A stretch of DNA of 64,000 bases from Hemiscyllium ocellatum (lineage: Eukaryota): contig NC_083440.1 of NCBI RefSeq assembly GCF_020745735.1, positions 15,760,780-15,824,779 on the forward strand, in the 5' to 3' direction. The first letter of the stretch is position 1. Every line of letters begins with the position of its first letter. Below are positions 34,940-47,681 of this stretch, piece by piece. The position numbers and the translations under genes are program-made. Under the pieces are notes generated by a model. The model had not been told where the DNA came from. It made no database searches and saw nothing but the letters and a program-made list of their open reading frames with translations.

Positions 34940-37900
34940 ACATGGAGGACGGGAAAATATTGTGGCTGTGAGAGTTGTTCCTTTTTTGAGGTATTTTTGA
35001 GGTGTCAGTGCTGACTTCCACTAAATCCTGGAAGAATAATTCTTGTTTTGTGAACTGTTGTATTGTTTTGAAAATCATATCAGATCACTTGGATAGTTTG
35101 AAGAAACACTTAGAGACATTGAGGAATTCTCAGGAGCCGCGGGTGTGAAGGATAGCAGCTATAGGACGAGAGAGCAAAAACAGACACAACCAGGCAGGCG
35201 AGGTAGATAGGTAGAGCAGAAGTCTCCTGAAGCTATCTCCATTTCAAACAGGCATGCTGTTTGGAAAATGTAGCTGGTGATGGAACTTTAGAGGAATGGA
35301 GCACGAACAGCCACGGTTCTGGTACCAAGACTGGCTCCAATGTAACGCGGGTTACGTCACGTTTCAACGATCAGTTGTGATCGGGGATTCACTCGTTACA
35401 GGCAAGGGCAGACTTTTCTGAAGCTAAGAGCATCTGTTGCCTCGCTAGTGCCAGGATCAAGAATATCTCAGACAGGGTGCAGAATATTGTCCAAGGGATG
35501 TGGGATCAGCAGGAAGACATTGTGTATGTTGAAAAAAATGACATAGGAAGGAAAAAGATGAAACTTTTAAGAGTGAATACGAGAGATTTAACAGGAATTT
35601 GAAATGATCCCCTTGCGTGTAGTAAATTCTGGATCACTCTCAACGCCACTAGCTAATGCATGTTGGAATAGGAGGATACAGCAGATGAATGCGTGGCTGA
35701 GCAGCTGGTGCAGGGCTGAAAGGTTCACTTTTTTGGATCACTGCAATATTTCTTTGTGTAGAAGTGGCCTGTGTAACGAGAACAAATTAGCACTTGAATT
35801 GGAAGAAAACTAATTTGCTGCCAGGGAGAATAGCTCGAGATTCTCAGGAATATTGAAGCTAGTAAGGTTGGAGTGGGGCGTACGGGTACAGTGGGGTGCA
35901 GACGGTGGGATGGTGTAGCTAGAGAGATAGTGAGGAGAGAAATCAGTCTGAGAATGATACAGTTGGGAAAAAAGAATAAGTACAATGGTCAGGACAGGCA
36001 GGTTCAAAGCAGAGAATGAGGCAGGACTGACAAATTTAAATTTCATTTATTCTATACAAGATGCCTCACAAGGAAAACAGGTGATTTGGGATCATGGTTA
36101 GGAGCATGGGACTGGGATATCACAGCAATTGCACAGAAGTGGTTCAGGGATGGACAGGACTGGCAGCGTAATGTTGCAGGATAGTAATACTGGATGAAGG
36201 AAGGAAACCGGCCAAGTTAAGAGGGGGAGTTGTTTTGTTGAAAATGGATAACATTACAGCTGTAATTCGGGATGGGTGTTTCTGGAAAAACATGCAGGGA
36301 AGGTATTTGGGTGGAACTGAGAATGAAGAAAAGACTGGTTACCGTATTGGGATGGTACTAGATGTGCCCTACTCATCAGTGGGAAATTAGGAAACAATTT
36401 TGTAAGGGGATCTCAGTTGCTTGGAAAAATGATAGTGTGGCAATGATAGGGGGTGTTCATTTTCCAAATATAGACTGGGACTGCCTCATTATTAAGGGTT
36501 GGGATGGAGTTGAATTTGTTTAGTGTGCGTATCAAACATTTCTATTTCAGTATGTGAATTTACCATGAGAGAACCTGAAAAACCTGACCTACTCTTGGGA
36601 AATGAGGCAAGGCGGGTGGTTGAGGGCTAGTTTGGGGGACATTTTGGGGCAGAGACTTGAATTATATTAGGTTAAAATAGAAATGGAAAAAGACAGACCA
36701 TATTTAAAATTCAAAGTTCTAAATTGGAGGGTGGCCACGAGGCAAGATTTTTTCAAAGGTTGATTCGGGGCGGATGTTCTCTGGTAAAGGTGCAGCTGGA
36801 AAATGGGAAGCCTTCAGAAATGGGATAATGAGAGTCAAGAAAGTTTATGCTCCAGTTCAGGTGAAAATCAAGACTGATTGGTACAGAACTTGGTTCAGAA
36901 AAAAAAGGAAACAGGTATCAAGTACAGATGCAGAGATTGCGTGAATCCTGAGCATAATATAAAAACAATCGGACGATACTTCAGAGGGAAATCAGGAGTA
37001 CAAACAGGCGTCGTGAGATAGCTCTGGCAAATATGGTTGTGCTTTGCCAAATATGGTTATGCAGAATTCATAAGTAGATTGAGGACGAAAGGGTATCTCA
37101 GGAGAGAAGAAGACCCCTGAAAGGTCAGCATGGCAGCCGATGTGTGAAACTGCTTAAGGTGGGGGAGGGAGCGATGAGACACTATACGAATATTGTGCAT
37201 CATTGTTTACCGAGGAGAAAGACCTTGAAAATGTGTAATGTTCGTAAATACATGGTGACATCTTGAAAAATGACCATGTTACAGAGCAGGATGTGTTGGA
37301 AGTCAAATAATGCATAAAGTTAGATATATCCCGAGGACATGATCTGTGGGAAGCTGGGGAAGTGATTGCTGGACCCTTGTTGAAATACTTGAAAAAAACG
37401 ATCATCACGGGAGAGGGGGCAGGAGACTGGAGGATGCTTCATATGCGCCACTAATTAAGAAAGGTGGTAACGAAAACCCAGCAAACATTACGCAAATGAG
37501 TCTGGCATTGTAGGTAGGTACGTTGTTGTAGGGAAATCCTGAGCAATAGGATTTATACGTACCTTGTATTAAGATAGGTGAGGACTCGTTAGTGATTGTC
37601 AATATGGCTTTGCACACGATAAATCATGTCTAAATAACTTGACTGAGATTTTTGAAGTAGTAATTAACAGGGGTGATGAGGGCAGAGTGATGGACATGAT
37701 CTATATGGACGTTAGTGAGGGTTTTGAAAATGTCCCCATGGTAGACTGGTTAGCAAAGTTCGACCAAATGGAATAGAGTCGAACTAGCTAATTGGCTACA
37801 GAACTGACTCAAAAGTCGAAGATAGAGTGTGATAGTGGCTGGTTGTTTATCAAACCGAAGGCCACTGACCAATGGTATACCACAAGAATTGGTGCTGCAT

Positions 37901-38860
37901 TACTGTGATTTTTAAAATCAATTATATGAATGATTTCGAATTGAATATGGGAGGTATGGTTAGTAAGTTTCCAAATACCACCAAAGTTTGAAGTGCAGGA
38001 GACAGCGAAGAAAGTTACCTCAGTAAAAAATGGGATCTTTATCAGACAGTCCAATGGGCCGATGGAGTTTAACTTAGATAAATGTGAGGTGCTGCATTTA
38101 GAACAGAAAATCAGGGCAGGACCTGAACACTGGATGGTAAGATCCCGGGGCGTTTATCAAAACAAATAGGTCTTGGAGTGAAGTTTCATATTTCCTTGAG
38201 AGTGCAGCCTTTGGTAGATTGAATAGCGAATAATGTGTTTGATATGTGCACCTTCACTGTTCAGAACATTGATTACAGGAGTTGTGAGGCCATGCTGTGG
38301 CCATATAGGACATTGGTCAATACATGTTTGGAAAAAAAAGTGTGCAAAACTGATCTCCCTGTTGTCAGAAAGATGTTGTGAAACATGCAAGTGTTCAAAA
38401 AAAAATTCACAAGGTTGTTGCCATGTTTGGAGGGTTTGAGTAGAAGGGAGAGGTTGCATAGACTAGTTCTGTTAGCAATGGAATGTTGGAGGCTGAGTGG
38501 TGATGTTATAGAGGTTTGTAAAATCATGAGAGGCTTGGATAGGATATCCATGATCTTACCTCTGGGGTGGCAGTCCAGAGATATAGGGCATAACTTCAGG
38601 ATGACAGGGGAAAGAATTAACAAGAACATAATGGAAAAATTTTCTCATAGAAAGGGTGGTGCATGTATGGAATGAACTGCCATAGGAAATGATGGAGGCG
38701 GGTACAACTGCAATATTTTTTAAAAAGCAACTGTATGGGTAAATTAAAGGGGGTGGGGTAGACTCAGAGGTATATGCGGGCAAATGGAAGATAGTATTAC
38801 AGAATAACTGGTCAGCAAGGACGATTTGGACCAATGGGTCTGTTTCCTCTTTCTACATTT
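34940..38860 (+). mobile_element. Old near-full-length CR1 (5' region, ORF1 esterase-like remnant, ORF2 remnant) in the GPCR intron
   Basis: ORF1 remnant RVVNSG...RRIQQMNAWLSSWCRAERFTFLDH. ORF2 remnants run through KKFTRLLPCLEGLSRRERL...SGDVIEVCKIMRGLDR. Confidence 0.85.
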
Positions 38861-39580
38861 CTTTGCGTCTAACTACACTTAGTTTGCAAAGAGCATTCGA
38901 ACAAATGTTTCATCATAGATAAATATCAACACTAGGAATTTCAATTCCCATTTCAAACTCAATCCTCGTCTTTTGTTTTCAATTTAGGGCCTTGGTGCGA
39001 GAACAAAACCAAGTTGATGTTTTGAATTCCATGAAAAGTATTCTGAGGAAGGTGTTCTCATGAAGAATGATTGCATTATCTCTGTTTCATTCTCCATGCA
39101 TTGTACAGTACCTGTTGAGTTTAGCCAGGTATTTCTGTTTCTTTTCATATTGCTGGTATCCTCAGTTCTTGTATTTATTTTATGAAAATGTTTCATATCC
39201 CAACCCAGTCCCCAGAAGTAATTCTTAGAATTGTGTAACTCATCTGTACCAAAGATATCTGATGGAACATCAAGCTTGTACTATCAAGGCCAGAAAAAAA
39301 TCTAGTCTCCTCCCAGGTGACAATTAAAGGCGGTGAGGTTTTCTATCTCAACAAACCTCCCACGCACTGAATTACCAAAGCGTATACCACTTTCTGAGTG
39401 AAAGCATTTTCCAAAAATCCCCTCCAAACCTTTTATTATCCACCTTAAAAACTATGCATTTTTTACATCTGTCAATTTCCTGCCCTAATTAGATATGTAT
39501 ATTTCCATTGTTGTCTGGGCAGATATGGAGAATGTTTGATCGTAACTTTCGATTTGGATCTAATATTCCGTCTCTTTCAG

Positions 39581-39855
39581 TTAATTTCCTGCTATTTTGA
39601 TTCTTTCAATGGGAAAGTGCAGCCTGTCTCATGTGCAACGTGCTGCCTGTTGATTATGGTACCGACAGATCTACTGTTCATTCTCTTTGAGATCATGGCG
39701 ATTGAAAGAGCTTTACTACGGAGGGTGTTTCCTGGATCTCACCCCTGTGTGCAGTTCTGTCTTTTTCCTGTTCTATCTGGTTCACTTTCCATTTCTCCTT
39801 TGATTGTTTGATTTGTTGCATGGGATTGAAGAAGAAATATTGGACAGAGATAACT

Positions 39856-39858
<3 letters not shown>
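39581..39858 (+). pseudogene. Truncated, disabled 5' part (TM1-ICL2) of GPCR exon 2, inside the intron of the intact gene
   Basis: Acceptor context TCTCTTTCAG|TTAATTTCCTGCT is the same as at 47682. Remnants ATCCLLIMVPTDLLFILFEIM and ICCMGLKKKYWTE. In-frame TGA at 39598-39600. Ends abruptly at a (CT)n microsatellite. Confidence 0.88.
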
Positions 39859-39916
<58 letters not shown>

Positions 39917-39950
39917 GTGCGTGTATCTATCTATCTATTTATCTATCTCT
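39858..39950. repeat. Compound microsatellite (CT)n(AT)n(ATCT)n
   Basis: Directly visible. Confidence 0.95.
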
Positions 39951-41960
39951 CTGTTATCTCGTTCGATTCGTCCCTCCCTGTGTATTTTTTGTCTGTATCT
40001 CTACCTGTTTTTCTGTCTGTCTACCTCTCTGTCAGCCTCTATGCAAATCCATCATTGTCTTTCTTTCCCTCTGTGTGTGTGACCCTTCCACGCTCTCTGC
40101 GTAGTTTTCTCTCATTGACCCTTCCTAATCCTTTCATTCACTGACCTTTCCAGACGCAGATTTTTTTTGTAAAGTACAATGTGCACAGGTAGAGCCGGCA
40201 ATGCCTTTCCACATTAATGTAAGCTAGTCTGCTGAACATTGATCATCTTCTTTTCCTTTCCCTGTCGCTGTGTGGGAGGTGTGTTCATGTGTTTCCCTTT
40301 CAGTGTGTGTGAGTATCTGCGTGTCTGTGTGAGTCTGTGTGGGAGGGGGGAGGCGGAGACTTCATTGCCTTTGTGGTGAACTCGCTCGGTGCTTGTGCCC
40401 CTCAGTTTTGTCATCCCTGATTGTGACACATTATGAGTGTTTACGCATCTGAGTGTGGGTTTCCCTTTGTGTGTGTTGTGAAGTATTTTTGTGACGACAT
40501 ATTCATGTGTTTATGTATTTCGGAATGTTATTCACTCTGTATGAGAGTCTAACAGTGCAAATGAGTGCTTTAATGTGGGTCTGTGGTACTGTGTCTGCAT
40601 GACAGTGTATTTGTGCCTGTTTTGCACAGTGTACATCTGTTGTATTTGTGCCTGTATACATACTGTTTGTGGAGTTACAGTCCGATGACTATGTGATGGT
40701 GGGGACGTGTGCTGTGTATGGGTGTTACTGTCAGCATATCATGAACATCCTGTGACTCCATGTATATGTGTTTCTTAGTTTCATTTCGTTATTGTGGGAT
40801 TGCGTAATGTGGTTGTGCCTGACAGTGCTCTTTAAGCAGGTGCATGTGTTGTTCAGACTATGTTGGTTGTCTGACCATGTATCAAGATCTTTCTGTGCCC
40901 CAGCAGAATCTCTCTGTGCCTCTCTGTTGGTATGTGTCTGTTTGTTTCTGAGTGTCACTCTCTATCTATATATCATTGAGATTGCGGCTCAGTAACTGTG
41001 TTTGAGTGTGTGTATATGTGTGTGCAAGAGGTTTATGTCAGTTCTTGCAGTCGGTGTGCACTGTCTCTTAATCTGAGTTGATTTATATATGTGTGTGGAG
41101 TTCTGGTTATGATTATTTGTCAGTGTGGAGGTGTGGTCCTACATCTCAGTATGACTGCATTTCTTTGAGCATGGAAATGTGTGCATTTGGTATATATATT
41201 TGGGTGTGTTCCTTTCTCTATCAGTATGTCTGTATTTATGTGTATGGGGGAGGTGTTTGTGTGGCGGTAAGTGTGTGTCCATGTCTGTGTCTGTGTGGGT
41301 GTGTGCATGTCTCTGTCTGTGTGATAGTGTGTGTTTTGTGTGTGCACACATGTATGTGTGCGGGCACGTGTGCAGATATGTGTGTGTGTGTGTGTGTAGA
41401 TTTGTTCCTCTCTCTCAGTATGACAGTATTTCTGCGTTTGCGGACGTGTGTGTTCTGTCTATGCATAGATGTTTTCCTTTATGTCTCAATAAGACTGTTT
41501 TTTTGGTGTGCATGTGAGCACACGTACATGTGTGCGTAAGTTTGAGCCCTTCTGCGCTCTGATTGTGTTCCTGTGTGTTGTGAGGTTGTGGAAATTGCTT
41601 ATGTTGTCTTTGTGTAAGTGTATTCCCCCATTTCAATTTGACTATGTAATTATGCGTGCGTGCATGAGTGTAAGTTGCGTGTGTGCACGCAATGTGTTTT
41701 TGTTTGTCAGTATGTTCCAGTATCTCACTTTATTTCGATGTGAGTGTGTGTTTCTGCATGTTTGTGTATGTGTGTGTGAGAGTGTGTGGATTTGTTTCTG
41801 AGTTTATGTGTGTGTGTGTTTTTTTTTGTCAGTATGTTCCTATATCTTACTTTGACTCCATTTCGGTGAGTGGATGTGTTTCTGCGTGTATGTGTATTTA
41901 CGTTTTAGGGTGTGGATGTGTTTCTATATCCTTATGTGTGTGGTTCTGTCTATGTCTGAT
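39950..41960. repeat. CT-rich then long degenerate GT-rich block (duplicate of 48890-50950)
   Basis: Degenerate (GT)n with unique anchors shared with the 49-51 kb block, e.g. GTCTGCTGAACATTGATCATCT and TCATGTGTTTATGTATT..GGAATGTTATTCA. Confidence 0.85.
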
Positions 41961-43053
41961 CACGAAACTCACTCTCCTGAAGAAAACGGACTGATGAACT
42001 CTATAGCAGGACACAGTACACAGATTGCTCTCAATTGCGTATTTCAGCAATCTGGGAAATATTAAACTATCAGTATCTGTACCTCTTGCACCCTGATAGC
42101 TTTACTGTTACTTCAGTTCAAGGTCCTAAGTCTAATGAAGGAACAAGACAGGAGAATATTGAAAGAAGTCCAGAATTCCAGTTCTTCCGTCCATGTTCGA
42201 ACCACGAATGCATTATTTCCTTGCTGAAGCTTTTTGCATCCATATCTAAATATTGTTATATTTTGCATCATACCTCAATACAATGCAGGATCAGGATTAT
42301 ACTGTTCAGCCTATCGAGTGAGTCTGACATTTGACCGTGATGGATTGATTTTTAAATTCCATTCTCCCGCCTTTTCCCATATCTTTGATTTTCTTTCCAA
42401 TCTGGAACCAATATGTCTCTACTTTTAATACATTTATTCTGGACCAGGCAAGAGCCTCTCAAAGCATATCAAGATGGTCGCGAAGACCCTTACCTTTTGA
42501 TTTATTTTGAGCAGGTGCAACTGTGGATATTCCACGAGTGATTGAACTTGTCATCATTCCTCGGTTTTAAATAAAGCAGAATTTATTTGCAGATTGCCGA
42601 ATGAAACGCAAACAAATGAAAGCCGGATACAGAATAATTTAATCTACCCGAAGACACTGGGTGGATTACAGTTGTGCTTCAATGCACAGAGCTGGTCATC
42701 ACTAAGACGTGAGGACAGAATTGCACTGAGGAGAGTATGTAACAGATATATAAGAATGTTGTTAGGTATTGATGTGAGGATTTTCGAGGGAATGATGTTG
42801 ACCATTTAATTCAGAAGGTGATGTTGCAACTGGAATTCACTGCCCAATTTTGATGGTGGCTTGAGATGACCAACCATAACTCGTTTAAAGAGCATTCGGT
42901 CAGCACGTGACGTGAAGAAACCTTCAACGCTGTGTTCCTATTGCTGGACAGTAGGATCAGAGCAGGTAGATAGTTTATTCAGTTGATTAGCAATAATTAT
43001 CCCTTTCAGTATCGTAACTTTCATTCAATTTTGATGGTATCATGGAAAGACTG

Positions 43054-43759
43054 AGGAATGTAGGTTGTTTTTTCTCTCTCGCTCACTCTTTCTCTATCTC
43101 TCTCTCTCACTGGCCAAGTGGACTGTTCTTTTTCTAAAATTTTGTTTCTTTGTACTTCCTTTTTCCTATATTTCCAAAACAGTGCAACAACTTACAAAAC
43201 AATAATTACATTTCCAAGATTTTCTGGATGTCAGCTCTTACACCGAAAATACTGTGAAAAAGGAGTATCTCTCACAGCCACAATGTTTTCATGTCCTCCA
43301 ATTCGGATTACCAGGAAGATAACCGACTCCACTGAATTCAATTTAACACCTTGCAATGTTCCAACAGTTAAAGTGATTTAACTTGGTGGGTTAAATGCAA
43401 TATTTCTGTATTGTCTGTTTCCACTGTTGGAACATTGCAGGGTGTTAAATTGAATTCAGTGGAGTCGGTTATCTTCCTGATAAACCGAATTGGAGGACAT
43501 GAAAACATTGTGGCTGTGAGAGCTGCACCTTTTTTTGCAGAATTTTAGGTGTCAGAGCTGACATCCAGAAAATCTTGGAAGTGTAATTCTTGTTTTATAA
43601 GCTGTTGCACTGTTTTGGAAATTTAGGAAAAAGAAAGTACAAAGCAACACAATTTTAGAAAAGGAGGAACAGAGACAAAGTAACAGCCCACTTGGCCAGA
43701 GAGAGAGAGAGAGAGAGAGAGAAAGAGTGAGTGAGAGACAAAAACCAACTTACACTCCT
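43054..43759. repeat. Long inverted repeat (arms 43054-43368 and 43423-43759, 54-bp spacer)
   Basis: The arms are reverse complements, e.g. GGAAGATAACCGACTCCACTGAATTCAATTTAACACC versus GGTGTTAAATTGAATTCAGTGGAGTCGGTTATCTTCC. Confidence 0.95.
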
Positions 43760-46700
43760 GTCTGACACATCAGTGAAGCTGCGCCACTACTGCGTTTACC
43801 GTTTTAGTTCATGCATTTCTAGGCATCTTAGTGCATCCACGAAAAAATAACGAACAGCGAAAATCATAGCTGACCTGAGAGGAACCTGCGTGGGAGAGTT
43901 CATAGCACAGGAGCAGGCAAGAATATGTTTTGTTCAGTGTAATATTGCTGATATTTTTTTCATAGTTCTCCACAAGCAGTAAAGTGAGTTCTTTTTAATC
44001 AAAGGTTCTACTGACATCTGTCTCTTGATTAAATATGCATATATATATATAGACGGACTCAGTTAACATGGAGCTGTGTCGTTTAGGCAGTAAGACTGTG
44101 GTATTTTCTGAGCCTGTCGATTATTAAGATTCGAAGACGGGATTTCGAAGAGTAATGTACTCTTCTTGTCGGATGGGGGAGATTAGGGAGAGTTTCCATG
44201 TTACTGATGTTTATGGCGATAGTAAATGTCTTTGGCTGCAAATCCTACCAGATTGCATGACTGGATCCAGCAGCAGTTCGAGCCAATGAGGAATTTCCAG
44301 GTGGTACAGGGTTTGCTGGCTGGCAGCTACAGGAAAAGAGAAAAACAACGGATATCATCAAGTGGATGGATTACTTCCAGGAAAGGTAGGAGAGGGACAC
44401 AAGTGGTGCAGGATACTCCTGTGGCTGGCTCCATCTGTAATAGGCATGATATTTTGCAAAATGCAGCGGGGGATGAACTCTTAGGAGAATGTAGCACAAG
44501 CAGTCACGTTTCTGTTCCCAAGACTGGCTCTAATGTAACGAGGGTTACATCAGGTTCCAAGCCATCAATTGTGATTGGGGGCTCTCTTGTCAGAAGCACA
44601 GGCAAATATTTCTGCGGCCAAGAGCTCCTGTAGGGTATCAGGTGCCAGAATCAATAAATCTTGGCATGGGCACAGAATATTTTCAAAGGGAAGTGGGACC
44701 AAAAGAAAGTCATTGTGCACATTGGAACTAACGACATAGAAAGGAAAATGGATGAATTCTGCAGGGAGAATATGACAGGTTAGGCAGAAATTGAAACAGT
44801 GCTCCTTGAGGTTAGTAATATGTGGACTACCCTTCATGCCATTAGCCAGTAAGTGCAGAAATCTGAGAATAGAGCAGATGAAAACGTGGCTGAAGGGCTG
44901 GTGAAGGAGACAAGCGCTCTCATTTTGGATTATTAGAACTTTTTCTGTGGTAGAAGTGGCCTGTAAGAGGCAATCAGATTGCACCTCAAATGGAAGAGAA
45001 ATAATTTACTGTCAAGGAAATTTGTGACAATCGCCTCGGAATATTTATACTAGTAAGGACGGAGTGGGGGTTGCCACGGAATTGGGGGTGTGTGGCCAGG
45101 GAGAGAGTGAGGAAAAAGATCAGTCTGAGACTGGTACAGCTCGGAAAAGTAGCAAGCCCAATCGTCAGGGCAGGCAGAAACAAAGCAGAGAATGAGTCAG
45201 GACTGATTAATTAAATTGCATTTATTTCATTCCAAGATGCTTGACAGGAAAGGCAAATGAACTGAGAGTGTGGTGGGGAACTCAGAGCTGGGATAGCGCA
45301 GCAATTACACAGTTGTGGCTCAGGAATGGACATAAGTGGCGCTTAAATTTTCAGGATAGAAATGATGTCAGAAGAAAAGAAACGGGGGCCCAGATAATTG
45401 GGGGAGTTACGTTTTGGTAAAGGATAACATTACGCCTGTATTTAGAGAGGGTATTCTTGGGAATACGTTTTTGGAAACTATTTGGGAGGAACTGAGAATT
45501 GCGAGAGTACTAATTACATTATTGGCATGGTACTACAGACCCCGCAATAGTGAGTGGGAAATTGAAAAACATATTTGTAAGGGGATCTCAGTTATTTGTA
45601 AGATTAATAGTGTTATAATGGTAGGGGGTTTTAGTTTTATGAACATAGATTGGGAATGCCAAATTATTAAAAGTTTTGAATGGAGATGAGTTTGTTCAGA
45701 GTGTATCCCAAAATATTCTGATTCAGTATGTGGTAATATCTATTACAGAATGCGCAAACGTGACCTCCTTTTGGGAAATAAGGCAGGGTAAGTGACTGAT
45801 TGTAGTTAGTGGAGAAGTTTGGGGCAAAGACTTGAATTTGATTAGTTTAAAATAGAAACGGAAAAGGATAGACCGAATCGAAATGTTAAAATTCAAAATT
45901 GGAGAATGGCCATTAGGCAAGACCTTTCAAAGTAGTATTGGAGGTAGATGATCCTAGGAAAAGGGTCAGCTGTAAATGGGAAGCCTTCAGAAACCTGTGA
46001 GGGGTAGAGGATAGCCTGATAGTTATATGGTTTGTTTAAGAAAAAGAAGGAAGCATTCGTCAGGTGTAGACAGCAGAGATCGAATGAATACTCAGAAGAG
46101 TAAAAAGGCAGTAGGAGTAGGAAGAAAATCAGGATGGCAAAAAGAGGACATGAGATAGCTTTGACAAATAGCGATAAGGATAATCCAAGGATATTTCATA
46201 AATATATGAAGGACAAAAGTGTAATTAAACAGAGACTAGGACCTCTCAAAGATCAGAAAGGCAGCTTATTTCTGGCAATTAAGAAGATAGGGATGATAAT
46301 AAACGAATATTTTTTATCAGTGTTTACTATGGAAAACGACGTGAAGATATAGAATGTGGGGAAGTAGATGGTGATATATCCAAGAATGTCCATATTCCAG
46401 TGCAGGATGTGCTGGAAATTAAAGAATACATACAGGTGGATACATTCCCAGGATCTAATCTGGTGAACCCAACAACTCTGTGGGAAGCTAGGGAAGTGAT
46501 TTTTGACGCCTTGTTGAGATACTTGGAATACCAACTGTCACAGGTTATGTGTTGGAAAACTGGAGGTTAGCTGAAGTTGTGCTACTAATTTAGAAAGGTT
46601 GTAAGGAAAAGCCAGGGAACTATAAACCGTTGGGACTGACATTGATGATGGGCAAGTTGTTGGAAGGGACCCAAAAGGACAGGATTTATATGAATCCTGT

Positions 46701-47572
46701 GTTTGAACAGGCAAGCAGTGATTAGAGATTTTCGACATGGCTTTGTTCTGAGGAAATCTTTGTTTCATGAACTTGATTGAGATTTTTGAAGAAACAGTAA
46801 ACTGAATTTATGGGGGCAGAATGGTGCACGTGATCTCTGTGGACTTCAGTATGGTGTTTGATAAGGGTGGTCATGGGAGACTGGTTTGCAAGGTTCGACC
46901 AAATGTAGTAGAGAGAGAACTAGCTATTTCTATACAGAACTACCTCGAAGGTAGAAGGCAGATGGTGGTCGTTGGAGGGTTGCTTTTCAGACTGGAAGCC
47001 TCAGACCAGTGGTGTGCCACAAAGATCGGTGCTGGATACACAGCTTTTAGTTATTTTATACAAATGATTGAGATGTGAATATGGGAGGCACGACAATAAG
47101 TTTGCAAGTGTCACCAAAACTGCAAGTGTTGTAAGCAGTACAGAAGGTACAGCAAATCAGATGAGCCAATGCGCTGAAGAGTGGCAGATGGAGATGAACT
47201 TAGGTAAATGTGAGGTGCTGCATTTTCCAATGGCAAATGAGGGCAGTACCTGTTCAATTAATAGTAAGATCCTGGAGATTGTTACAAAACAAAAAGTCCT
47301 TGGTGTGCATTTCCATAGTTGCTTGAATGTGGAGTCTCAGGATTGTGACGAAGGCGTTTGGTATATGATCCTTTATTGGTCAGATCATGGATTATAGGAG
47401 TTTTGAGATCATTTTGCGAATGTGCAGGACATTCGTTAGGCCACTTTTGGAGGAAGTGTGTGCAATTCTGGTCTCACTTTGAATGGAATGTGATGTGAAA
47501 TATGAACGGTTTTACAAAAGATTTACGAGAACATTGCAAGGGTTGGAGACTTTGAATTATAGTGAGAGACTA
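43490..47572 (+). mobile_element. Old near-full-length CR1 (duplicate of 34940-38860), 3' end deleted
   Basis: ORF1 remnant (44226 ORF: ...PSIVIGGSLVRSTGKYFCG). ORF2 remnants LETIWEELR...YYRPRNS, VISVDFSMVFDK and AEEWQMEMNLGKCEVLHF. Confidence 0.85.
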
Positions 47573-47681
47573 TAATTCCCTGCCCAGTTAGACATGAAGA
47601 TCGTCCATTGCTCTCTGGGCAGATGTGGAGAATGTTTGACAAGTAATTTCTGATTTGCCTGTTATCATCTTTCTCTTTCAG

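Noticed and set aside
41078-42065. Cys/Val-rich and His/Thr-rich ORFs (also 18514-19594 and 48816-50947)
   Set aside because: These are translations of (GT)n/(CT)n low-complexity DNA; some are open only because they span the N gap.
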